Of a stretch of DNA of 64,000 bases, positions 40,448 through 48,283 are shown in pieces. Below the pieces are notes generated by a model. The model searched no databases, had not been told where the DNA came from, and saw nothing but the letters and a program-made list of their open reading frames with translations. The first letter of the stretch is position 1, and the number at the start of each line of letters is the position of its first letter. The stretch is from IMG/VR virus record IMGVR_UViG_3300010149_000008. One strand, written 5' to 3'. The DNA is from a virus. Lineage: Duplodnaviria > Caudoviricetes. The translations under genes and the position numbers were made by a program.

Positions 40448-41236
40448 CTAGTCCTTTTCTAGATTATCTTTTATTAAATATTCTCTAATTATGTCTTTTT
40501 TTGGTAGCACTACACATTTATTTGATTTTTCTTTTAAATAAATTCTTTTATTTTTTAGCGGATCTAAACTGTTTACAAACACTGGGTTTGATGTATATAG
40601 AATTTGTGCAGGTCTAAATATGCATTTGTCAACTCCTTCACAATGCTTTTCAAACCAAGGTTTAAGTGTTTCACCATCATACGCTTCGCTTAACATAAAC
40701 CAAAGATGTGCCTTAATTTTATTACTATTAAAAAACATGCCATTTGAAAACTGGCAAACGTAACTTGAATTGTGGAATGATTCATGAAGCGTTTTTACAA
40801 ACATTTCAACAGCTAGTTCTCTATGACTTTTTATCTGTAAGTTGCAATTTAGAGGTTTTTTAAAGTCATCAATGTCTAGCATAATCCATTTTTTTGGATG
40901 ATCAACTATTGTAGGCTTATGACAAATACCTTCTTCAATTTTCTCTTTAATTAGTCTTCTAATCTTATAACCTCGTGTCTTTAAGTTATAAGCATTTTCT
41001 GTTATTTTACCTCTAACAAAACAACAATTTCTTTTCCAAGCGTATTTTTCTACAAGCGAATTTAAGTCGTATATGTCTAAAATTGCTACTTCGTTAAAGC
41101 TATAGTACTTAGAAAAATTTTTATCTATAAGCTCATATTCTTGATTTTGATTTAAATACCAAGACTTGTGTTGTTGTGTATTACATTCTAGAATAGTAAC
41201 TAGATTATTGTTCTTTTTTTTCATTAATTTTGCCAT
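40448..41236 (-). CDS. Putative primase-polymerase (AEP superfamily) domain protein
   Basis: IMLDIDD (DxD), QFSNG...KAHLWFML (His), DKCIFRPAQILYTSNPVF. Confidence 0.55.
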   Translation of the reverse strand: MAKLMKKKNNNLVTILECNTQQHKSWYLNQNQEYELIDKNFSKYYSFNEVAILDIYDLNSLVEKYAWKRNCCFVRGKITENAYNLKTRGYKIRRLIKEKIEEGICHKPTIVDHPKKWIMLDIDDFKKPLNCNLQIKSHRELAVEMFVKTLHESFHNSSYVCQFSNGMFFNSNKIKAHLWFMLSEAYDGETLKPWFEKHCEGVDKCIFRPAQILYTSNPVFVNSLDPLKNKRIYLKEKSNKCVVLPKKDIIREYLIKDNLEKD

Positions 41237-41282
41237 ATTGTTTTAAAATAATTATTACACAACATGACAAAATAAACAAATC

Positions 41283-41699
41283 TTACTCTTCTGAACTTTC
41301 TTCACCAGCTTGAGGCTCAACATTATCATCACAATCTTCTGGACATTCTTCTCCTTCACAAGGCTCACAAGCAGGATCTACAGCCGGCTGGGGCTCGTCA
41401 CATCCGTCTTCACCCTGAAACTCAGGCTCACAATCTAATTGGTCTTCACCACCAGATACATCTTGATCACTATTTGTTTCGCCTGCTTCTGAGCCTGCTT
41501 CTGCACCTGCTTCTGCACCTGCTTCTGCACCTGCTTCTGCACCTGCTTCTGCACCTGCTTCTGCACCTGCTTCTGCACCTGCTTCTGACATTCCCATGTC
41601 TGTTTCTTGTGCTTCTTTTTCATCATGATCGTCTTTTTCACAACCACTTACCAATAAAGATAAAGCTAACATTAAAAATAACAATGAGTTCTTGAACAT
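41283..41699 (-). CDS. Acidic lipoprotein with (A/S)EAG repeats
   Basis: Signal peptide ending in lipobox LVSG-C; AGGAG RBS; Cys/Glu-rich C-terminus. Confidence 0.7.
   Translation of the reverse strand: MFKNSLLFLMLALSLLVSGCEKDDHDEKEAQETDMGMSEAGAEAGAEAGAEAGAEAGAEAGAEAGAEAGSEAGETNSDQDVSGGEDQLDCEPEFQGEDGCDEPQPAVDPACEPCEGEECPEDCDDNVEPQAGEESSEE
41482..41589 (-). repeat. 12-nt tandem repeat x9 encoding (A/S)EAG
   Basis: Plus-strand unit CCTGCTTCTGCA, 7 identical copies plus 2 variant flanks. Confidence 0.95.
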
Positions 41700-41778
41700 A
41701 AAAATTCTCCTTTTAATTAACTCAAACTAATAAATATATATTTGTTTGTATTATCTTAAATAAAAGGAAAAATTGTAA

Positions 41779-41973
41779 ATGAATTTTAAATTTTTAAATA
41801 TATTGATGTTGTTTGCTGTATCTTTTTTATTTTCTTTTGGTAAAAAAGAAAAAAAGCCTGCACTTGATGATTACTATATTATAGAAAACAGCAAAGATTT
41901 TCAAAATCTTGTTTATAAAAGCGACTATAAAACTTATCGTGATATTTTGTATACAAATGTAGTTTTTAATTAA
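41779..41973 (+). CDS. Small protein with N-terminal hydrophobic segment
   Basis: MNFKFLNILMLFAVSFLFSFG; AAGGA RBS. Confidence 0.45.
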   Translation: MNFKFLNILMLFAVSFLFSFGKKEKKPALDDYYIIENSKDFQNLVYKSDYKTYRDILYTNVVFN

Positions 41974-42014
41974 ATTAATATTTATAATCATAAAACAAAG
42001 AAAAGAGTTAACTT

Positions 42015-42380
42015 ATGTCAATAAACAATCCTGAAAAATATATTGAGCTAGCAATTAAATACAAGACACATACAATGGTTTTGCTTTCTTTTTTGCTTCT
42101 TGTAATTGTATTTTTTATCGGTAGATCAACTGTTTCAATTCCACCTAAAGAGATTGTGTGTAAGAGTGAAATTACAACTATAGAAAATCTTTTTACAAAA
42201 ATAGAAGAATGTCAAAGTAAATCAACTAGTAATCTTAGAGATCAAATGGACAAAGATGAAGCTGAATGTAAAAAAAGAATTAAAGCAGGAATAATAGAAA
42301 ATAGAGGAACAGTAGAAATACTTTCATGTAGCGAAGCAAAAGCAATAATGCCTCAGTGCAAGAGAAGAAGAGAATGGTAG
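42015..42380 (+). CDS. Membrane-anchored Cys-containing coiled-coil protein (i-spanin-like candidate)
   Basis: Single N-terminal TM (MVLLSFLLLVIVFFIG), helical C-terminal domain with several Cys. Confidence 0.45.
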   Translation: MSINNPEKYIELAIKYKTHTMVLLSFLLLVIVFFIGRSTVSIPPKEIVCKSEITTIENLFTKIEECQSKSTSNLRDQMDKDEAECKKRIKAGIIENRGTVEILSCSEAKAIMPQCKRRREW

Positions 42381-42895
42381 ACATGATAAACAAAATAACA
42401 ACAATAATTTTAATTGTACTTCTTTTAATTCCGGCAAGTTTAATAGCCCAGCCGTTAAAAGAAGTAAATGAAGATTGGGATCCAATATCACAAAGTATTG
42501 AATGGGAACCTGTAGAAATGAAAATAAAGCTAGGAGATGCTGAAGTTAAAGTCTGGCTTCTTCATTCAATGGTTCCAGCGCCAATATCTGGTTATATGTT
42601 AAAAAAACCAGACTTTGCTGATATGAAAAGAATATTAGACAATTTAGACAAAGAAGTAGAGAGAGTAAAGCAAAAAGAAAGGTCTTTTTGCGATAAACTT
42701 TTAGTAGAAAAAGATGTTTTTTGTAGAAGTTTAAATAAAGATCTTATAAAACAAATAGACAGCCAGAAAATTGTAATTGTAAGCAGAGATGACAAAATAA
42801 AAAGTCTAAACAGCGAGCTGTTTTGGACAAAAATAATTTCTGGGACTGTCGTTTTAGGCTTAAGCGCATTTTCAATATACTCATTGGCAAAATAA
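42374..42895 (+). CDS. Secreted/membrane protein with signal peptide, coiled coil and C-terminal TM
   Basis: MINKITTIILIVLLLIPASLIAQ...WTKIISGTVVLGLSAFSIYSLAK; overlaps the previous gene. Confidence 0.55.
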   Translation: MVDMINKITTIILIVLLLIPASLIAQPLKEVNEDWDPISQSIEWEPVEMKIKLGDAEVKVWLLHSMVPAPISGYMLKKPDFADMKRILDNLDKEVERVKQKERSFCDKLLVEKDVFCRSLNKDLIKQIDSQKIVIVSRDDKIKSLNSELFWTKIISGTVVLGLSAFSIYSLAK

Positions 42896-42942
42896 TTGAG
42901 CTTATTTAGTATAATTAATTTTATAGTTTTAGGAGAATATTA

Positions 42943-43212
42943 ATGGAACCAAATTTAGTTCTTTCTTTAGGTAGCATTATTGGTTTAATGGGTCTTTTTT
43001 GGACATGGCATAAAGAACAAAAACATACAAGTAGTACAATTTCAGTATTGCAAAACAAAGTTGAAAATCTAGAAGAAAAAATAAAAGTTCAAGATGAAGC
43101 TATTGTAAAAGTGCAAGAAACTTTAATGAAGATGGATCTTAAACTTACTAGAATTGATACTCAGTTATCATTGCTTTTAGAAGAAAAAAAAATACAAAAG
43201 TCTGTAAGTTAG
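42943..43212 (+). CDS. Small N-terminal TM + coiled-coil protein (holin/XhlA-like candidate)
   Basis: LVLSLGSIIGLMGLFWTW followed by heptad repeats; AGGAG RBS. Confidence 0.45.
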   Translation: MEPNLVLSLGSIIGLMGLFWTWHKEQKHTSSTISVLQNKVENLEEKIKVQDEAIVKVQETLMKMDLKLTRIDTQLSLLLEEKKIQKSVS

Positions 43213-43257
43213 CAAATTAAATAATATTTATATTTAAACAATAAAGGAAATAAACAT

Positions 43258-43479
43258 ATGAGAATTACTGAGAATACATTAAGAAAAATGATTATTCAAG
43301 AGATGAGAAACGTTAGAAGACAAAAAAGACTTCAAGAAGGCACAGCTGAAAGGCCAATCGCTGTAACTCCTCAACTTTTAAATAGAATTATTCGCGAAGA
43401 ATACACAAGATTTCAAAGAAGACAAAGACTAACAGAGGCTAAAAGAAGAAGATTAGCAGCTGCTAAAAGAAGAAGATAA
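43258..43479 (+). CDS. Small Arg-rich protein built from two leader-like repeats
   Basis: ITENTLRKMIIQEM...RLQE and VTPQLLNRIIREE...RLTE, then AKRRRLAAAKRRR. Confidence 0.7.
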   Translation: MRITENTLRKMIIQEMRNVRRQKRLQEGTAERPIAVTPQLLNRIIREEYTRFQRRQRLTEAKRRRLAAAKRRR

Positions 43480-43485
43480 AAAAAG

Positions 43486-43514
43486 TTGTACAAATTGCAT
43501 ATTGTGTTTATTAT
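43486..43514 (+). promoter_or_regulatory. Putative sigma70-type promoter
   Basis: TTGTAC-N17-TATTAT upstream of ATG 43573. Confidence 0.45.
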
Positions 43515-43572
43515 ATAGACACGTTTAATCAAGCGATAAATATCGAAAACAAAATCGAAAGGACACGAATTT

Positions 43573-43884
43573 ATGCAATTATCACCTGAACAAGTACAAT
43601 CTATCAATATTCTACTTTCTGCAGTACAAGTAGCGCAGAGACGAGGTGCTTATTCACTGCAAGATGCATCAACATTGCAAGAAGCTATTGATAAGCTTGT
43701 ACCTCGAGAGGAGCAAGAGAGACAAGCAGCAGAGGCGGCCGCTGCCGACGCAAGCCCTGAGGAGGCTGAGGCATCATTAAGCATGGGAGAAACAGATGAC
43801 TGTTGCGATGACGATGATGCTGACTGTTGCGATGACGATGATGCTGACTGTTGCGATGACCAGCCGGCTGCAGATTCTGAGTAA
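43573..43884 (+). CDS. Small acidic protein with Cys-Cys/Asp repeats
   Basis: N-terminal helical domain (VQVAQRRGAYSLQDA), C-terminal DCCDDDDA repeats. Confidence 0.7.
   Translation: MQLSPEQVQSINILLSAVQVAQRRGAYSLQDASTLQEAIDKLVPREEQERQAAEAAAADASPEEAEASLSMGETDDCCDDDDADCCDDDDADCCDDQPAADSE
43798..43860 (+). repeat. 24-nt tandem repeat x2.6 (GACTGTTGCGATGACGATGATGCT)
   Basis: Exact copies at 43798 and 43822, partial copy at 43846. Confidence 0.95.
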
Positions 43885-43941
43885 TATATTCTTAGCTTTG
43901 ATAGTTAATTAAATTAATAGTTAATTAAAAAGCGAGAATAT

Positions 43942-44730
43942 ATGCCATTAATAAAAAATTACATTGCAAATTATCTGTTAAGAGAAAACATACAAAAAAA
44001 CCAACAAGTATCAATGATGTTTATAAACAGTCTGCTTGTTAAAGATGAAGACGGTTATCTCTTAGAAGAAGCTTACATAGAAGAAGAACGAGAACTCAAT
44101 CAACTTATAGATACTGGAGTGTGTGAAGATACTTTTTTTCAAAAAGTGTATGAAAGCATATTAAGTTCTGGATTTAAATACTTTGCAAAAGGATCTGGAA
44201 GAATTGTATTTACGCACAATCAGGCACCAAACTTGATTTTTAAGTTAGTTATTCCTGGTGAAGAGCTAGATGGAAATATTGCTGAAACTAGAAAAGAAAA
44301 AGAAATGATGCTTAGACATCCTCATCTTTTTGGAGAGCTATATAATGTTAAAGGGAATATTCCTAGTTTGTTTAATAATTCTATAGACTATTTTATTATA
44401 GTCGAAAGATTAATACCCTTGTTTACAACAAACTTTGTGCCATTTTCTGATGATAAAGTTTTTAATAATTTAAAATCCCAGTTTGGATATAGTGGATCTT
44501 TGTCTGAATTTAAAACATTTCTTAAAGAAAAGCTTATAAAGTATTATGAGTTAGCGTTTGGACAGGAGACTGAAGACTATGCACATATAAAAGTGCCTGC
44601 TAGTCCTCCTGACATGCTTGATAATTTTTGTGAAGAAGTAATTAAATTTAGCAAAGAAGTTAAGCCAGATAACGTTGGTTTAAAGGTTATTGGAAGTAAT
44701 AGATATAAATTTGTAATGTTAGATGTGTAA
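43942..44730 (+). CDS. Protein kinase-like fold protein (atypical or pseudokinase)
   Basis: KGSGRIVF, LIFKL, IIVERL, KEVKPDNVG, VMLDV-stop. Confidence 0.55.
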   Translation: MPLIKNYIANYLLRENIQKNQQVSMMFINSLLVKDEDGYLLEEAYIEEERELNQLIDTGVCEDTFFQKVYESILSSGFKYFAKGSGRIVFTHNQAPNLIFKLVIPGEELDGNIAETRKEKEMMLRHPHLFGELYNVKGNIPSLFNNSIDYFIIVERLIPLFTTNFVPFSDDKVFNNLKSQFGYSGSLSEFKTFLKEKLIKYYELAFGQETEDYAHIKVPASPPDMLDNFCEEVIKFSKEVKPDNVGLKVIGSNRYKFVMLDV

Positions 44731-44760
44731 AAACAGCAATTAAATAATATATAGAGATAG

Positions 44761-44841
44761 GCCCGATGCGAACATAACAGCTGACCCCGCCAGTGCATCG
44801 GAATCATGCGGACAAGTTTATCCTAAAAGGAGGAAGTTATG
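44761..44841 (+). ncRNA. Candidate structured cis-regulatory RNA leader
   Basis: GC-rich island; 8-bp stem 44763-44770/44794-44801, inner CUG/CAG hairpin, loop CCGC complementary to GCGG 44808-44811. Confidence 0.5.
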
Positions 44842-45342
44842 CCAGTAGTAGAATATACAGCCGAAAAAGGCTTAGTACAAAAATCAGGAACAACAGCAAG
44901 CCTTGACTTACAGGGACAATTATTTGGTCATCGTTCAGGAATTAAATCAGTAAGCGGAGCTACATCATTAACTGTAGCAGATTCTGGAAAGACCATATTA
45001 GTTACAGCTTCTCAAGCTGGAGCAGCATATGATATAGCATTACCAAGACTAAACGGAACAGGCGATGAAGGTACATGTTATAAGTTTATCTTAGTACAAG
45101 CAGGAAATGCAGCTGCATCGGATGTAACAATATCAGTAGGGCACGCTGACGATGACTTTGTTGGTCATATTGTTGCAACAGACGGCGTTGATACAGCAGC
45201 TGCTGGCGATGAAGATATTACATTTGACCAAAATGCCGGATCTTTAGCTGGTGATACAGTTGAATTATTTTCAGATGGAACAAAATGGTTTGTAAGAGGT
45301 CAGTCAGCTGCAGTAGCTGGTTTAGCATTTGTCGGCGCATAA
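44839..45342 (+). CDS. Putative head decoration/fibre protein
   Basis: Ala/Gly/Thr-rich beta protein: EYTAEKGL...ADSGKTILV...AGDTVELFSDGTKWFVRG; strong AGGAGG RBS. Confidence 0.55.
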   Translation: MPVVEYTAEKGLVQKSGTTASLDLQGQLFGHRSGIKSVSGATSLTVADSGKTILVTASQAGAAYDIALPRLNGTGDEGTCYKFILVQAGNAAASDVTISVGHADDDFVGHIVATDGVDTAAAGDEDITFDQNAGSLAGDTVELFSDGTKWFVRGQSAAVAGLAFVGA

Positions 45343-45364
45343 TAAATAATAAAGGAGATATATA

Positions 45365-46294
45365 ATGCCAAGTTTAGAATATACCTTGTCAAAAGGTTTA
45401 ATTAGTAAAAAGTCTGGCGGCTCTGAAATTAATTTGCAAGGCGTCATTACTAATACAAGAAAAAAAGTTACAGCGCTTGGAGATGCAGCAGCTTTACAAA
45501 GTCCCGCTAAAGCGGACAGTGGAAGAGAATATCTAATTCCAGCACAAAGTCAAGGAAGTACTATTACATTACCAAACTTTGCTGGAAGAAAAACTTCTGG
45601 AAAAATTCACTTAAATGGAGCTAATGCTGGTATACTAACAGTAGGAGATAAATTTTCATTTAATAATGTCTTTGGTAGAACATTTGTATTGACAGCTGTT
45701 GCTGATGCTGGTGGCGCTGCAAATGGAGTTTTGCAAGCAGACGGTTCTTTTGGACTAGAAATAGGAGCAGCACCAAATGCAACACAAGCTATAGATCATT
45801 TAAACAACACATTAACCGGCGTAGGAGCAAATAATGTACTTACAGCTATGTCTGATGTGACTTTTACACAGACAGATGCAGGTGCCAGTTTGACAATAGA
45901 AGCTAACTCTGTAGGAGTTTCCAACAACGGCACAATAACTATGCCTACTTTTACAAATACACCAACAATTACAGGATTTGCCGACGGAGTTGATACAAGA
46001 GATTCTGACGCTTCTGGAGTTGAGCTTCGTTACATGATGAGTGCTACTGCAGCAAATACTATTGATATTATTTTGCCTGTTGACAATACGAATACAAAAG
46101 GTACTTTTGATGCAACATTTGTAGGTGGTACAGTTGCAACTGATGGTCATACACCTTTTGCTGCAACAGACACAAAAGTTACATTTGCTGCAGCTGCTGT
46201 TGCAGGTGACTATATGATACTTAGATACGATGGCACTAGCGTTTGGGCAGTCACAGGCGCTTCTGCAGCTGACGCTGGAATTACTAGCGCTTAA
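45365..46294 (+). CDS. Paralogue of 44839 with inserted domain
   Basis: EYTLSKGL...ADSGREYLI...AGDYMILRYDGTSVWAVTG; insert of about 135 aa. Confidence 0.55.
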   Translation: MPSLEYTLSKGLISKKSGGSEINLQGVITNTRKKVTALGDAAALQSPAKADSGREYLIPAQSQGSTITLPNFAGRKTSGKIHLNGANAGILTVGDKFSFNNVFGRTFVLTAVADAGGAANGVLQADGSFGLEIGAAPNATQAIDHLNNTLTGVGANNVLTAMSDVTFTQTDAGASLTIEANSVGVSNNGTITMPTFTNTPTITGFADGVDTRDSDASGVELRYMMSATAANTIDIILPVDNTNTKGTFDATFVGGTVATDGHTPFAATDTKVTFAAAAVAGDYMILRYDGTSVWAVTGASAADAGITSA

Positions 46295-46313
46295 AAACTA
46301 GAAAGGTTTAATA

Positions 46314-46625
46314 ATGAGTAAAAGAGAAGTTAAAGAATCAAAGAAGGTTGCTGAGCCAAAGAAAGTTGCTGAGCCAAAGAAAGTTGCTGAGTCAAAGAAG
46401 GTTGCTGAGCCAAAGAAAGTTGCTGAGCCAAAGAAAGTTGCTGAGCCAGTACCTGCTAAACTAAAACTAAATATTGATGATAAAGTTAAATTAGTTAAAG
46501 ATGGTCGACAAGGTGTTGTTACATATGTAAGAAATGATGAAGAAGGCTTTTTGATAAAAGCTGAAGTCTTACTAGAAGACGGTACTAAAAAAGTTTCTGG
46601 GTCATTATCTTTAGAACTTTTATAA
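46314..46625 (+). CDS. KKVAEP-repeat protein with C-terminal SH3/KOW-like domain
   Basis: Six KKVAE(P/S) units, then IDDKVKLVKDGRQGVV...AEVLLEDG. Confidence 0.65.
   Translation: MSKREVKESKKVAEPKKVAEPKKVAESKKVAEPKKVAEPKKVAEPVPAKLKLNIDDKVKLVKDGRQGVVTYVRNDEEGFLIKAEVLLEDGTKKVSGSLSLELL
46341..46448 (+). repeat. 18-nt tandem repeat x6 with 54-nt higher-order period
   Basis: AAGAA(G/A)GTTGCTGAG(C/T)CA; units 1 and 4 carry the G variant. Confidence 0.95.
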
Positions 46626-46653
46626 AAAAACAATAATTAGCAATTATAGGCTT

Positions 46654-46697
46654 AAGCCTCTGTAGAATTCTTTACAATGTTTTTGCAGAGGTTTTTT
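46654..46697 (+). terminator. Rho-independent terminator
   Basis: AAGCCTCTGTAGAA / TTTTGCAGAGGTTT 14-bp stem (3 G-U) followed by T-run. Confidence 0.7.
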
Positions 46698-46779
46698 AGT
46701 ATTTGCTGTTTGATAATTTAGTTCTTTTATAAAGACTTTTATAATTAGATATGTATATAAAAGATTATAGGAGTTTTGT

Positions 46780-48279
46780 ATGGCTTCGTTTGCTAGTTTA
46801 GTATCATTAAATGATAAACCAACAGCGTTTGGAACATTTGATGACGACTTACATTTTCAAGAAGACGCTGATAAGATTATATTATATGTCAAACGACGCT
46901 TAGGCGATGATATAATGTCAGTAGAATTGACTAATCGTCAAATATGGACGAATTTTGAAGAAGCTTGTCTAGAATTTTCAAAGAATGTAAATGCTCACCA
47001 AGCTGAGTCTTACATGTCAAATCTTCTAGGTCTTAAGATAGGACCAACTGAAACGTTTAAAAAGAATTCCCATGGGCATTATTACTGGAATGACGTAGAT
47101 ATTGAAGGATCACCGCTTTTAATTCAAGATACTTTTGACCCTAGATTTCAAAGCTCAAACTTTAAAGGTAAATACGTTCAAGAAGGCAACGCTGATGTTA
47201 TTCCTAGACAAATTGAGGCTGAGCTAGACAACGATTCTAATAAAATATCAGCTAGTCCTATACTAGACAAAAGAATAGGACCTCACGGAAAAGAACAAAA
47301 ATTTCCTCGCGAGACATTAGAATATTTAGTAAGACGTGCAGAACCATATGCAGCTGAAGCTGTTGTAGGTGGTTCTACAGACTTTGTAAGAGCATTTATA
47401 CCTCTGACTTCTAAAGATCAAGATTACGATATTTACAAAGACATGGTTATACCTGGGAAAGATGCTAGTGGCGCAGGTGTCCAGCTTAAGCTAGAAGAGT
47501 GGAATGGACAAGATGATCATTTGAGTGCTTTTAATCCTTTGTACTCTTCATCGCTGCCTGCTAATATAACAAGCACAAAAATTAAAATACAAGAAGTATA
47601 TCATTTTTCGCCACAAGCAGCGTATCGCTTTTTTGATACGACTTCAGCAGTAAACTATTTAAATAATCAATTTGCTTTTGAATCTTTTACACCGGAAACT
47701 GTATTTTACGTATTACCAGTGTTTGAAGATCTACTTCGTGCAGGGCAGCTTGACATATCAAATAGAGTTAGGCGCAGCAATTTTAGTTATAAGATACAAG
47801 GTAAAAATATTAGAATATTTCCTAGACCAACACAGGAAAATCCTATGAACTTGTTTGTTAAGTTTAGTTTTCCAGCTGATCCTTATAAAACAAATTTACC
47901 TTATGAAGATGAAACAATTGATGGTGTATCAAATATTTCTAACGTTCCTTTTGCAAATGTAAAGTATAGCTCTATAAATTCTATGTGTAGACAGTGGATT
48001 AAACAGTACACTTTGGCTTTGTGTAAAGAGACTTTAGGAATGATAAGATCTAAGTTTTCTTCTGTACCAATTCCAGGCAGTGACCTTCAAATGAATGGGT
48101 CAGAGCTTATAAGTCAAGGGAGAGAAGACAAATCAAATCTTAACTCTTCTTTAACAGAAACTCTAGACAAACTAACATATCAAAAGTTATTAGAAGCAGA
48201 TGCAGCTCAGTCTGAACAAATGAGTCAAATACTTAAAAGAATTCCCATTCCTAATGGGAGAGCAATTATTATAGGATAA
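46780..48279 (+). CDS. gp13: Neck/head-completion protein (T4 gp13-like)
   Basis: KRRLG...VELT, WIKQYTLALCKETLGMIRSKF..VPIPG...MNGSEL. Confidence 0.8.
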   Translation: MASFASLVSLNDKPTAFGTFDDDLHFQEDADKIILYVKRRLGDDIMSVELTNRQIWTNFEEACLEFSKNVNAHQAESYMSNLLGLKIGPTETFKKNSHGHYYWNDVDIEGSPLLIQDTFDPRFQSSNFKGKYVQEGNADVIPRQIEAELDNDSNKISASPILDKRIGPHGKEQKFPRETLEYLVRRAEPYAAEAVVGGSTDFVRAFIPLTSKDQDYDIYKDMVIPGKDASGAGVQLKLEEWNGQDDHLSAFNPLYSSSLPANITSTKIKIQEVYHFSPQAAYRFFDTTSAVNYLNNQFAFESFTPETVFYVLPVFEDLLRAGQLDISNRVRRSNFSYKIQGKNIRIFPRPTQENPMNLFVKFSFPADPYKTNLPYEDETIDGVSNISNVPFANVKYSSINSMCRQWIKQYTLALCKETLGMIRSKFSSVPIPGSDLQMNGSELISQGREDKSNLNSSLTETLDKLTYQKLLEADAAQSEQMSQILKRIPIPNGRAIIIG

Positions 48280-48283
48280 TATC

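Noticed and set aside
41241-41272. Sigma70 promoter on the minus strand (TTGTCA...)
   Set aside because: The hexamer at 17-nt spacing is TTTAAA, a poor -10; the palindromic ATAATTAT motif explains the site as well.
44763-44820. Confident HDV-like/theta ribozyme call
   Set aside because: The topology is suggestive, but +1 is C, the first L3 base is A, and P2/P4 are weak; kept only as an alternative for the RNA leader.
41482-46448. Tandem repeats as CRISPR arrays
   Set aside because: The units are contiguous, in-frame coding repeats of 12, 18 and 24 nt with no unique spacers.
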